Below, piece by piece: positions 40,762 to 53,139 of a stretch of 64,000 nucleotides of DNA. The DNA comes from Rebecca billardiae RCC1528 (taxonomy: Eukaryota > Protista > Haptophyta), in the NCBI GenBank assembly GCA_965240325.2, contig OZ251228.1, positions 2,046,001 to 2,110,000 on the forward strand, given 5' to 3'. Positions within the stretch are counted from its first letter, which is position 1. Each line of letters starts with the position of its first letter. Both the position numbers and the translations under genes were made by a program. A model generated the notes under the pieces. The model saw nothing but the letters and a program-made list of their open reading frames with translations. It was not told where the DNA came from and made no database searches.

Positions 40762-43700
40762 CACAGTGAACAAAAACGGGATTATCGTTACCGTAACCCG
40801 TCCGACACGAGCCGATTTTCGGGGAATTTCTCGCGCGGGCCGCACGAGCGCACAGACGGCGCTACGGTGGTCGCGCAGGCGCCTGGCGAGTGCCCCGGGC
40901 ATGGGACTGCAACATCCCACCCAGCCTCCCCATCCCTCCGCCCCTCTCTGCCTCGCCGGGTTGCACGCGGCTGGCCGGTCACGTAGCTCGTGGTGAGCCA
41001 TTCGTGAGCGTGGAGCCCTGCTGCTCAGTGCGGCGATGCAGCGAGGCGAAGCGGCGCGTAAGATGGCGCATCTTACTCCGAATGCAGTCTGCTACCAGCA
41101 CAGCCGCCCTCGCCGGAGTGCCTGGTCGTCACCTTCGTCGTGTGCACGTGTCGCGCGCTGCCCATCAACGAGCGATCGTAAGCCTTCTCCGGAGCCATTC
41201 AAACACGCTCGTCCTCGACTATGCGTGCGCGAGGCACCGCGCGAGCGCGGGAGCGGCCCTTCCTAGCGTAGACCTGCACGGCCATCCACCTCGCCACAGC
41301 CTGCCACGTCACACTCCTCCCCACACACACTGCTCGCGTGCCGCGTGCCGGCCGGTCGACTAGCCAGACAGAAGGGTGCACAGATATTTTCGACTGCGAG
41401 GAGACGGCGGCGAGCACAGGCGCGCAGCGCCGTCCCGCGCTTCATTGGGATGTTCTAGACCAGTCGCGCGCCCGCGGCACCGCACCCGCCCTCTCCGCGT
41501 CGCGTGCCACTCCACACCGCGCGCGTGGCTCTCGACGTGTACGTCGAGGCCATCTTGCGGCCGATTCGTACCCGCATGTATTCAACAAATACGACAAATC
41601 GCCGAGCTGAACGCACCTCGTCGCGCGATGGCATGGTCGCGCTGTTGGACGTCGCTCGCCGCAGGAAAATCGGTACGCGACGAGAGCACGGCGCACGCGC
41701 ACGGCGCGGCGTGGGAGGCGGGGCGGTGGTGTCCTCGAGCCATCCCGCCCACGCCGCGGTGCGCCAGCCGCCACCTCGCCGCGCCGTGGCCCATGCCGCG
41801 CGGCAGGTGTCGACCAGACCGACCTTGCCGCCCAAAAGAGGGCCGCACCGGAAATTCTGTATTTGTTGAATACGGACTTACCCATGTGCCCGCGGTGCGG
41901 CGGCGCCCGCGGCGGCGGCATGGCGCGGCGGCGGCGGCGCGGGCAGCCTGACGGGCCAGATAAGGCGCGCCAGGTCGGGGCGATCGTGATGGGATGGTTC
42001 CATACGCATCAGTGCGTGCTCCTGTGCATCTCAAGAGCGCGCTGGGCGCCCTCTCTCGCGCCTATGCCCATCCCACGCGGTCTGAGAAGCCTCCCGGTTT
42101 GGCCATTGTCGTGCCGTGCTCGGTCGTGGCTGCCCGGCGGGTCGGAGAGGTCGAGGCGAGCCGGGTCGTTCGCGACGGACGATGCCTATGGGTCATGGCG
42201 AGTGCCAGCACGCAGCTCGGGCGCGCGCCCGGCGCCTCCTCGCCGCGCTACATCCACACCAAGATCTGGCCCAAAACCAGGCTTCAAGAGCGAAACTCAG
42301 TCTGGGAGCTCCTCAGGCCGCTGTGTGCGGTTTGAAGGCGCGCAAACTTGTGGAGCGGGTGCCCACATGGGTTGAGCACAATGCGACGTTGCGTTTTTCC
42401 GCGACACACCACTTCCTCGCCTCTCCGCGCGCGTGCCGTGCGGCTCCCGTGAACTCATCTTAACAGGTCACGTGTGGCCGCCCGTGGGGCGAGGGTGGGC
42501 GAGGAGGGGCGGGCGAGGGTGACGCCGCCCCGAGGAACCGCCTTGGCAAGCCGGCCGACGCCTCGCAGCCCCCCTCGCGGCAGTCATGCGCGCACGCCCG
42601 CCGCTCGGAGCGCGCCATCGATTCGAAGGGCGTGCGCACGACCGACCATGCTCAAACGGCTTCCGGCCCGATCTTTCTCCACTGTGCGCGGCGCGAAGTG
42701 CCGCGAACGGGGCATGAAAAAAAAACTGTGCCCTGGCGGGCGGGGGGGTCGGCGGGCCGTGCCAGTGCTGTCGCAATGTATCCTCTGCGGGTTCGCGTCT
42801 TTCCACATTCGCTTGTGGCCGTGGGTGACGGACAGTCGAGTGCAAGGACCAGTGACACGTGAAGTTGGCTCCCCGACGTGTACACGTCTCAGTCTGTCAC
42901 TCTTATGCGCATCAGCGAGGCCCCACACCCACGAGGGAATGTGCAGCACGCGGGGCGGGACGGGTAGCCCGTTGCTCCGCGCGAGCGCGGGTACGCGCTG
43001 TATGTGCCGCATCTCGACCGCGATGGCGTAATCGAGCGCCTCGCCGCCGCCGAAGCCGCCAGAGTAGATCATGTGCATGTCCTCCTGCCGCCAGCCGAGA
43101 GCGGTCGTCGCGAGGATGCTTGCCGATGTCCGCTCCAGGCACGACGGGCTCGGCGCAGGTCGCGTTGACGTCGTACACGGCCGCCACGCTGAGCACGAGC
43201 GCGTTGACGTTCACGCGGTCGTCGCTCTTCGCATCTTTCGACAGGTCTGGCGCCTGCGTGCTCGGGGGCACGAGGAGCTGTTGGTTGTGCGCGCGCGCGC
43301 GCGCCACAGCGACAGCGTGTGCCACTCGCGATCGAGAGTAGACAAGCGCTGCTCACGCGGGCACACGAATCGCAGCGCATCAGTCACCGGCGTGACGACT
43401 TCCGCCTCGTCCCGCAGCGCCTGCGCCATGGACGAGGATGACGCGGCGATGTTGCATGCTCGACGATTCATCTCTCTGCGGATGGCATCACGGGCTTGTC
43501 TGTGTCGCGCTGCGGCGAGGGTCGCCAACTCGCGATGACGCGGTTGCTGCCACGGCGACAGACCCGGGAGGTGCGTCCGCTGCGCGTCGTACGCCGTTGG
43601 CGTTGCGCTTCCGTCGCATTGGTCACCGTCGACGCCATGGAGGCCGGACGTGGGCTTCGGCTGAGGGGCCGGACCGCGAGCGAGGACTGAGTCCGGTGCG

Positions 43701-44333
43701 CTCCGGCGATCGAGTTCAGAAGGCCGCGCCAAATCTTGCGTCGCGTGCGATGGCGCTTCCCGCCCGCGAGACACCTCGTGATGAGGGCCTTTCCGCACCG
43801 AGCCCGACGCGCGGCGGTGGATCGCGCGAGGTGGCTGTCGTGCGCAGCTCTTGATGTTATGGCCAGTGCGAGCGCTCGACTTGCAAGTCGGGCGAGGACC
43901 GCCCCAGGTCGCACGATCGTGTCGACGCGCCGGGCGTACCTCCAAACGCGTCGACTTTGGCCCCCGTTCGACCTGCACGCGAGACGACGAGGGCAGCAAT
44001 CGCGAATCGGGCGAAAACACGTCTCGGGAATCCTCGCGCGATGTCCGCGCCGGCGTTGGATTTGGCGCGCGCCGCCCATGCGCTCCGCGCCAGGCGCCAG
44101 ATGGTTTTCGGCCGAGCGTCCCCAGTGGGAGCTGCGAGGGCGCCCGGTAGTGACTAGTGAGCGAGGCGATTTTCTTTTCTTTGCGAGGCGATTTTCCTTT
44201 TTCATTTTCTTTTTCTTATCTTTTTCCCGGGCACTACAAGGGGCGGACCTACGGCCCGCCATTCCAGCGCATCCCCACTGGGCGGAAGTGCGGACGGGTT
44301 ACGGTAACGCCGAAAATCGATTTCTTTACTGTG
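40762..44333. mobile_element. Non-autonomous DNA transposon with CACAGT TIRs (CMC/Transib-like ends), flanked by ATAT
   Basis: Left cacagtgaacaaaaacg..cgttaccgtaacccgtccg; right cggacgggttacggtaacg..tactgtg; ATAT on both sides; no intact transposase ORF. Confidence 0.7.
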
Positions 44334-44806
44334 ATATTATTAACAGTAGTCGCGTAGCAGCTGATTAGCAGCAGGCGACCGCATAGAGCTCTCGCTACTC
44401 TCTCGGCTCTCTCTCTCTCTCTCTCGAGTCTCGTCGCGGATCTCTCTCGATCTCGTTTCCGGATCTCTCGTCTGGCACTCTCTCTCTGCTCTCTCTCGAT
44501 ATCTAGCTGCTTAGTAACTAATAATAATTGTAGTCTGAACTTGTCACAGAGCGGGGACGGCCGCCGCCAGGCGGTGACAAGTAATCAGGCATAGGCGGCG
44601 GTAGTAGATAAATAACAGTAAACATGCCGTGGCGGACACAGGACAGGCGCGGAGTCGCGCGGACTGACGCGGACCCGACCGACTCCGAGTCGCCCGTCTA
44701 TCGCCCGAGTCTGACACTGAGTCGGGCACACTCACTGTGCTGCCGCCGTACATGACCATGTGCTGCTGACCCTGCTGGACGGGGCTATAGTACTTAGCAG
44801 TAGAAA

Positions 44807-45078
<272 letters not shown>

Positions 45079-45179
45079 AGAGTATAGCTAGTGAGCAGTC
45101 CGATTGTGTGACGCGGTAATGATGACTATAAGCACGGACCGTGGCAGACTAGCCTACGATCGACTGACATTTTAAAATT

Positions 45180-46736
45180 AAAAACTGTGCCCTGGCGGGC
45201 GGGGGGGTCGGCGGGCCGTGCCAGTGCTGTCGCAATGTATCCTTTGCGGGTTCGCGTCTTTCCACCACATTCGCTCGTGGCCGTGGGTGACGGACAGTCG
45301 AGTGCAAGGACCAGTGACACGTGAAGTTGGCTCCCCGACGTGATGTACACACGTTTCACGGTCTGTACTCTTAGAGCCATTGTATGCGCATCAGCGAGGC
45401 CCACACCCACGAGGGAATGTGCAGCACGCGGGGCGGGGCGGGTAGCCCGTTGCTCCGTGCGAGCGCGGGTACGCGCTGTATGTGCCGCATGTCGACCGCG
45501 ATGGCGTAATCGAGCGCCTCGCCGCCGACGAAGCCGCCAGAGTAGATCATGTGCATGTCCTCCTGCCGCCAGCCGAGAGCGGTCGTCGCGAGGATGCTTG
45601 TCGATGTCGGCTCCAGGCATGATGGGCTCGGCGCAGGTCGCGTTGACGTCGTACACGGCCACCACGCTGAGCACGAGCGCGTTGACGTTCACGCGGTCGT
45701 CGCTCTTCGCATCTTCGACAGGTCTGGCGCTCGCGTGCTCGGCGGCACGAGGAGCTGTTGGTTGTGCGCGCGCGCGCGCACAGCGACAGCGTGTGCCACT
45801 CGCGATCGAGAGTGGGCAAGCGCTGCTCACGCGAGCACACGAATCGCAGCGCATCCGTCACCGGCGTGACGACTTCCGCCTCGTCCCGCAGCGCCTGCGC
45901 CATGGACGAGGCCATGGCGCGGCGATGTTGCATGCTCGACGTTTCATCTCTCTGCGGATGGCATCACGGGCTTGTCTGTGTCGCGCTGCGGCGAGGGTCG
46001 CCAACTCGCGATGACGCGGTTGCTGCCACGGCGACAGACCCGGGAGGTGCGTCCGCTGCGCGTCGTACGCCGTTGGCGCTGCGCTTCCGTCGCATGGTCA
46101 CCGTCGACGCCATGCAGGCCGGACGTGGGCTTCGGCTGAGGGACCGGACCGCGAGCACTGACTGAGTCCGGTGCGCGGATTCCGGCGATCGAGTTCAGAA
46201 GGCCGCGCCAAATCTTGCGTCGCGTGCGATGGCGCTTCCCGCCCGCGAGACGCCTCGTGATGAGGGCTTTCTCGCACCGAGCCCGACGCGCGACGGTGGA
46301 TCGCGCGAGGCGGTCATCGTGCGCAGCTCTTGATGTTATGACCGGTGCGAGCTTTCGACGTGCACGTCGGGCGAGGATCGCCCCAGGTCTCACGATCGTG
46401 TCGACGCGCCGAGCGTACCGCTCCAAACGCGTCGATTTAGCCCCCGTTCGACCTGCACGCGAGACGACGAGGGCAGCAATCGCGAATCGGGCGAAAACCC
46501 CCCTCGGGAGTCCTCTCACGATGTCCGCGCCGGCGTTGGATTCGGCGCGCGCGGCCCACGCGCTCCGCGCCAGGCGCCATATGGTTTTCGGCCGAGCGTC
46601 CCCAGTGGGAGCTGCGAGGGCGCCCGGTAGTGAGCGAAGCGATTTTCTTTTCTCTGCGAGGCGATTTTCTTTTTCATTTTTCTTTTTCTTATCTTTTTTC
46701 CCGGGCACTACAAGGGGCGGACCTACGGCCCGCCAT
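45180..46736 (+). repeat. Diverged direct copy of 42720-44262 (interior of the CACAGT element, TIR absent)
   Basis: Collinear from aaaaactgtgccctgg to cctacggcccgccat. Confidence 0.9.
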
Positions 46737-47919
46737 ATAATAAACTACCGCGTACGTAACTAGTGAGACCGTACTACGACATGATTCGTCGTCAATTTAG
46801 AACTCGTCGCTCTACTACTAATAATTAAAGTAGTATATCATCTAATCATCTCTATCTGGCAGACGACGACGCGGCAGCATCATTTCACATATATATATAT
46901 ATGTCTAGCCGTCCTCGAAGCGCCTGCGCCATCCAGATCGGCAGCGAGGAGGCGAGGCACACGCCGGGCAGGGCGGAGCCACGCGGCGAGATACCAGACT
47001 TTATACATTGTATCATATGGGATTTTGTTCCTCGGAAACAAAGTGCGAGCGGCAGCCGCAGCTTGGAAGGCGCAGCTCGAGAGCCGCCAAGCCGCACGAG
47101 AGCAAGGCACGAAGCACCATCGTGCAGAGGGCATCGCGAAGATGCGGACCCGGAAACAGCTGCAGCCATCATGCCAGTGGGCACTTCCGAAGGGCGTTCG
47201 CTGCGAGTGAGCGAGAGGCACTGGACTGCGTCGGTTCGCTCGGCGCCTGATGAAAAAACCCAGTTCACCAATTGGCCGTCCTGTGGCTGTGCCGCCGCCA
47301 ACCTTGCCTATTTGCCTAAGGCCCAGGAGCATCACACAGCGAGTCGTAGGTTGTTCGGGGTCGTTGTGCGAGCGCACAGAGCAGGCTCGAAAGTCCCTCG
47401 TGGCACGAGAAGAGGGTGGCCAAGATGGCAGCCGGACTTGAGCTCGGCCGCCTGGCTCGGGCCGAATGGCAGGCAGGTGTTGATACGGCGCATTGCGCTC
47501 CCATCGTCGTCCTCTTAGACATCAATCAGTTATTGTGCCAATAACCCCACATATATATTTAACGACGTGGCAGCATCGGACAAGCGTCAGGCTCAGAGTG
47601 CAACAGACACATAGAATGCATCCGCGCCTTCCGTCCAGGTCAGACAGTGCGCCACCCGCAGCCCTGCCCCCCTACGGGAGCGGGGCCGGGATGGAGCACC
47701 GCCTCGGCCTGGGGCAGGCGGCGGCGACGGCAGATGCCGCCGCGGCCGAGCGCCTTCCGGAGCACTTGGATGAGGGTGAGGTCGTAGTCGATGTCGCCGC
47801 CCGCCGACCTAGCGGCAAGCTGCTCGCCGCGGCTGTCGCCCCCGTGCGCCCGCGTGGGCGCCTGGATGAGGATGAGGTCGTAGTACGCGTCGCCGCGCGC
47901 CGGCCAAGCGGCGCGCAGC

Positions 47920-47923
<4 letters not shown>

Positions 47924-47983
<60 letters not shown>
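47924..47983. repeat. (GA)n microsatellite
   Basis: Direct reading. Confidence 0.95.
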
Positions 47984-47985
<2 letters not shown>

Positions 47986-49675
47986 GACGTCAGTTGTATT
48001 GCCGCTTTGGATAGTGTGGTCAGTTGTATTGCCAAAAGCACGTTATGACTACCGTGGTCAGTTGTATTGCCGTTTTCAGTAGTATGGGTCAAGAATATTG
48101 CCGCTTTTGGATAGTGTGTCAACAATATTGCCCCTCAAATACTGGTTTCAAACCAATGACCCTTTCACACTACTTGGTTCACGAATATTGCCGTTTTCGA
48201 GCTTGAACATAGTCTGCTCAGAAATATTGCCCTTTCCATAACTATGTGTCAGTTGTATTGCCGCCAGCAGCTGGTGGCTGGGGCACGACTCGCACTCAGA
48301 CAAGAGACTCGCGCAGCCCGTGTGCGCGTGCGTGCAGAGCTGCGACTGCCTGCGCGCGGCATGCAGGATACGCGACTGCAACCAACCGACATGCCATCAT
48401 CATGCGGCCTGCGTAGCTCATCTTGACTTCCAGTAGCAGTCGGCGCTTCCCGTCGCCGTCGCGCTTGCCGCCCGCCGGCGGCCGGCCGCCAGCGCTATCG
48501 GGATGCTGCTACTTCAGCGGCCACGTGAGCCGCATCGCGTCCCATGCCGCTGCACGCGCCGCCTCAAGCTGCGACCGCGCTCGCCAAGCCTGCCACTCGG
48601 GTTCCAGCAGCAGCAGGAAGCGTCGCCTGCCCCTCCTGCTTGCTGGCTCGTCGAGGCGCGCGCGGCGCACCGCCCGCCGGTCGGTGCGTTGTGTCCCAGC
48701 TGGCAGTACGCCTTGGACTTCCTCCTCCACGGGCCAATCAGCCTGCGTTGACGAGTGCGACTGGCGCACGGTCAGCCACCTGCACACGGTTGGCCACAGG
48801 GCAGTCTGCTGTTGGAGTGATGACAATCGCAAAAAGGCACGCGCCAGCAGTGTTGCACGAGCGAGAGCGACGCGCGTTGGTTGATCGCCACGGTGTGAAT
48901 GACAGTCGATGGCAGGCAGTGAGGGGGACGCGCGTCGCGTTGGTCAAGCTCCTTGAGGCCGTTGAAGAGCACACGCCCGTCGTGCACGTTCGACTCCCGC
49001 GAATCGGGGCACAGCAACACACGCTCACCCTGCTTCACGCATGCACCTGCATGCGCTGCCGTCGCAATGTCATCGACTGCGCGCTTGACGGTCCCGGAGT
49101 CGAAGTGAGCACGGAGCAACGCCGATTCGATAGAAGTCGCGACGGATTCTCGCCCGTCTCCGCGTAGACGGCGAGTAGCCCGAGGTGCACGCGCGTGTTG
49201 CACTGCGCGCGCATGCAGCAGCGTTTGTGCAGATTCCGGTCCACGGTTCAGGTCGTCGTTCGGCTTGATGATGTCGAGGAACACGGCGCTACCCCGGCAG
49301 AGATCGTCGTCGTTGAACGTCACTCTTCTGGCCTGGGATCAGCTAGGCCTGCTCAAGGGCACGCCGCGCACGCCGGCGGCGCGTGGGCGCCAGCGCCATC
49401 ATCAGCGCGTGGGCGATCGCGGCAACAAACCTGAATCAAAGATGCGCAAACGGCAACACAACTGACCCACACTACGCGACGGCAATACAGCTGGACAAAG
49501 TATTGGGCCATCATCCACGGCAATACACCTGACACAAGTATTCGACGTTGGCAACAAGATTGACACGTGATTCCCAAACATGGAAAACGGCAATACAACT
49601 GACCACGGTAGTCAAAACGTGCGTTTGGCAATACACCTGACCACACTTTCCAAAACGGCAATACAGCTGACATTA

Positions 49676-49679
<4 letters not shown>
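47981..49679. mobile_element. Non-autonomous TIR element with subterminal repeat arrays (GAG...CTC ends)
   Basis: ~95-bp imperfect TIRs; about 9 TCAGTTGTATTGCC-type motifs on the left and about 8 inverted copies on the right. Confidence 0.75.

Positions 49680-49712
<33 letters not shown>
49680..49712. repeat. (TA)n microsatellite
   Basis: Direct reading. Confidence 0.95.
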
Positions 49713-49717
<5 letters not shown>

Positions 49718-50031
49718 CACTCTTTGGATCATCATCGAACATGTAGACACGGTGACTCAATTACATTACAGCAGCATCATGACGACTGCGCCGAGTACAG
49801 TACGCGTCGCCCGATTCGGTCCGGCCGGTGTCGGGTGGCGGCCGGCCCGTGTGGCGGGCACAACTCGGGCGGCCGCCTGCAGCGCACACGGCGGGCGCGC
49901 GGCGTATGCCATGAGTCTCCGCGACCGCCGACCTCAGCGTTCGGCGTCCGCAGCCTGGGTGACTGCCTGAGTGAGCGCGTCGCCGTATCTGTCGTCATCT
50001 GATTATGACCTGATAGCCTCCTCTCCCGCCT

Positions 50032-52293
50032 TCACATCGCCGAGGTGCGCTGGCGCTTGGAGCCGTCGGCTGCGCGCTCGTCGTCGCCTGCGTCCGGCTT
50101 ACCCCCACGCTGGTGCTGCCAGCCCTCGTGGTCGAAGTAGTGCGCCAGCTGGCGGCCGCCGCGGTCTGACGGGATCCCCTTCTTGTGCCAGTACCCGTCG
50201 CCCGCCTCGTCGGCGGGCACAAACTTGCCCGCCTGGTTGAACGCGCCGCGCACGACGTAGTCCTCGAACTGCGGCTGAGCGCCCGGCCCGGCTGCCGGCG
50301 GGACTGGCGCCTGCGCCGCGCCATGCGCGCCGCCCGGCGGTGGTGGCGGCGGCGGTGGCAGGGCCGAGCCACCCGATGGCGGCGGCGCCGACCCGCCCCC
50401 TCCGGGCAGTGCGTTGAGCAGCTGCTCGAGCCGCGCCTCCTCAGCGCTCATGGGCACAGGCCGTGCGCGCGGCGCGGGCGGCCGTGGCTGCCCGGGCAGC
50501 ATGTGCCGGGGAGGCGGTGGTGGGGGCGGCGCAAGCTCGGCGCGCTGTCCGAGGGGCGTGTGCCCGCGCTCGAGCGGCGTGCGCACGCGCGTGCTCGGCT
50601 GCAGCAGCCCTGCGCCCGCCCACGCGCGCATCATCCCCGTGTCAAACGGGCCCTGCTCTCTGCCAGACGCGTCAATGTAAAACCAAGTGCCACCGCTGCC
50701 ACCCGGCATCGGCGGCGGGAGGGCGTTCGGCATCGGGCCACCGAATGGGGCACGCGCCGACGGTGGTGGCGGCGGGCGGGGCAGCAGCCCGCCGCCCGCC
50801 CCGACCGCGTGCTGCATCCCCGCGCCGGCTGCTGCTGGCATGCAGATGACGAGCTCGGGGATCGAGCCAATCGGACGGAAGGGCTCGGCCGTCGACGCGG
50901 CACCGGCCGCGCCGGCGGCTGGCGCTGCGGCCGGGGCCGTGGCAGGAGCACCGTCCGGCTCGGCAGCAGCGTCGGCCGCGGGCGCGCCTGCGGGACTGGC
51001 CTCGTCAGCCGGCTCAGGAAGCGCAGATCCCGCCTCCGCTGCCGCGGGTGCCGCGGCGGCGGGCGTCGCGGCGGCGGGCGCCGCCGCAGGCGCCTCCGCT
51101 GGGGCGCGCGCGCGTCGCGCCAGCCGCGTGCCCAGGAGGAAGCCCGAGCGCACCCACGTGGACATTTGCGCGTGCGTGAACGGGCCTCGCACGGCGCCCG
51201 TGTCATCGAGGTACTCCCAGCGGGAGGTCGACTGGGCGGGCGGCGGCGGCGGCGGAGGCGGCGGGGGCGGGACAGGCGCGCGCCCGGCCGGAACGGGCGG
51301 CGGAGGCGGCAGCGGGGGCGGAGGTGGCGCGGGCAGCCCCACGTCGCCACCGGACGGGACGCCTGCACGAGGCCCCTCCCCCACGCCCGGCGCGACTCCC
51401 TCCTCCGCCTCGGCGCCACCCTGCGCATCGTCGCCGGCGGTCTCGCCCTCGTCACCTGAGTCGTCGCCGCCACCCGCCGCCACCGCGGCGATCTGAGGCC
51501 AGACGGCAAGCGGCTTCGATGCGCCGCCCTCGCCGCCGAGCACAACTGTCCGGTCTGCGCCGAGGAATGGGGCCCACTCGGCGAGCTGCGCGGCATCGAA
51601 GGGGCCCTGCAGCTCGCCCTCGTCGTCGACGTAGTACCAGCGCGCCTCCTCGCCGGCCTCCACCGCTGCGGCCTCCTCGGCGTCAGGGTCAGCACGCTCG
51701 CCCGACGTGGCATCGTCATCGCCGTGCTCAGCTGGGGTGGCCTTCGGCTCGCGCGCGCTCTCGTAGGCAGCGGGAGCACCGGCGGCGCGAAGCTCGGCCC
51801 ACGCGGTGAGCGGACGCCGCTCGCCCGTCCTCGTCCGCGCGACCGGCCGCTCGGCGCCGAGGAAGGGCGCCCACTCGCGCAGTTGATCTGCATCGAACGG
51901 GCCCTGCAGCACGCCCTCATCGTCGACGTAGTGCCAGTCTGACGGCGGCGGCGGGGCGGCGGAGGCTGGAACGTGCACGGCGGCCACATCGGCCGGGCGC
52001 ATCGGCGTGATGGGCGCGGCCGTGGGCGCAGGCGGCGCAGGCGGAAGCCTGGGCACGCCGTCGCGCCGAGCTCGGCGCTCGGCCGCAAGCGCGCGCCTCA
52101 GCTCGGGATGGTCGTTTGCGCGCGCGAAGCGGAGCGGAGCGTCGTTGCGTCGGAGCAGGCGGTCCTTCGTGAGCACGCCGTCCAGCAGCCATCCTGCGAT
52201 CGTCGCGGTCGGGTATGGGCCCTGCTGCTCGCCCACATCGTCGACGTACAGCCACGAGTCGTCTTCGCCGCTGGCGGAGGCGGCCATCGTCAT
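50032..52293 (-). CDS. Proline-rich protein with five GYF-like domains
   Basis: Five W.Y.D..G...GP[FY] motifs. Confidence 0.82.
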   Translation of the reverse strand: MTMAASASGEDDSWLYVDDVGEQQGPYPTATIAGWLLDGVLTKDRLLRRNDAPLRFARANDHPELRRALAAERRARRDGVPRLPPAPPAPTAAPITPMRPADVAAVHVPASAAPPPPSDWHYVDDEGVLQGPFDADQLREWAPFLGAERPVARTRTGERRPLTAWAELRAAGAPAAYESAREPKATPAEHGDDDATSGERADPDAEEAAAVEAGEEARWYYVDDEGELQGPFDAAQLAEWAPFLGADRTVVLGGEGGASKPLAVWPQIAAVAAGGGDDSGDEGETAGDDAQGGAEAEEGVAPGVGEGPRAGVPSGGDVGLPAPPPPPLPPPPPVPAGRAPVPPPPPPPPPPPAQSTSRWEYLDDTGAVRGPFTHAQMSTWVRSGFLLGTRLARRARAPAEAPAAAPAAATPAAAAPAAAEAGSALPEPADEASPAGAPAADAAAEPDGAPATAPAAAPAAGAAGAASTAEPFRPIGSIPELVICMPAAAGAGMQHAVGAGGGLLPRPPPPPSARAPFGGPMPNALPPPMPGGSGGTWFYIDASGREQGPFDTGMMRAWAGAGLLQPSTRVRTPLERGHTPLGQRAELAPPPPPPPRHMLPGQPRPPAPRARPVPMSAEEARLEQLLNALPGGGGSAPPPSGGSALPPPPPPPPGGAHGAAQAPVPPAAGPGAQPQFEDYVVRGAFNQAGKFVPADEAGDGYWHKKGIPSDRGGRQLAHYFDHEGWQHQRGGKPDAGDDERAADGSKRQRTSAM

Positions 52294-52371
52294 TGCCGAG
52301 CTTGAGAAAAACGCCCCGGACTTCCTGATTCCATTCATTCCAGGACTCCAAGTCGTCGGCACTCGGCAAGC

Positions 52372-53139
52372 ATGGAGGCGCCAGCAGCAACTCCCACGAT
52401 GAACGAGCTCGCGCATGGCACGCTGGCCTTCGTGCTGAGGCCACGCGCATTCTTCGTCGCCTGGAGCGGCGTCCTCACCCTCGTCTTCGAGGGATGGCCG
52501 CCGCCGGCCGCGCGCTTCAAGGCGAGCTTGCGGGCGGCCCACGGTGCATGCTTGCCCGCGGAGGATCCGGGCAGCCGGTTCCCGAAGGTGACGTTGGCCG
52601 CACTGCGAGCGTCGCGCACACCGCTGGAGCTGGACGAGCTCGAGCGTCTCCTAGCGCTGTGCACCGAGCTCGCCCCGCTTGTGCACGCGGTTCCGGCGGT
52701 GCCGGTGTCCGCTCTCAGCTGGACGCTGTGGGCTTGCGGATCGCACGAGCGTCTTGTTGCACGCGCTGACATGGTGCTGGGCGCGCCCACGGACGAGGCG
52801 CACGCAGACGACGAGCACGCGTCCTACGTCCAGAGCGTGCTCGCGGAGGCGACGGACGTGCGCGCGTACCTGCCGAGCGTGCGCAAGCCTGGCAGCATCG
52901 AGCGATACAGAGAACTTCGGCTGACCCCGGGCGCGTCGGTCGTCGCGTTTGTCGGCCGTGGGGGCGTCTCGCATCAGGACGACGGTAGTGTGGCCCACGC
53001 CCACCTGTGGCGGGTGCTGGCTGAGTTCCGCAGGCGCGTTGAGGCCGCTGTGCCTGGCGTGTATGAGTGGATCGACGAGCACGCGCTGCACTGCACACTG
53101 CTCGCACTTGCGCCGGCTGCACCGTTCCAAGCGGCATGA
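52372..53139 (+). CDS. Conserved hypothetical protein, possibly 2H-phosphoesterase-like
   Basis: Coding-like ORF; PKVTL and LHCTL motifs. Confidence 0.55.
   Translation: MEAPAATPTMNELAHGTLAFVLRPRAFFVAWSGVLTLVFEGWPPPAARFKASLRAAHGACLPAEDPGSRFPKVTLAALRASRTPLELDELERLLALCTELAPLVHAVPAVPVSALSWTLWACGSHERLVARADMVLGAPTDEAHADDEHASYVQSVLAEATDVRAYLPSVRKPGSIERYRELRLTPGASVVAFVGRGGVSHQDDGSVAHAHLWRVLAEFRRRVEAAVPGVYEWIDEHALHCTLLALAPAAPFQAA

Noticed and set aside
40506-40769. ORFs with YIYI/CVCV/SLSL runs (also 1524 and 44760)
   Set aside because: Microsatellite translations.
47990-48262. CRISPR-like repeat-spacer array
   Set aside because: Repeats are only ~14 bp and degenerate, are mirrored at 49421-49672, and there are no cas genes in this eukaryotic context; better read as transposon subterminal repeats.
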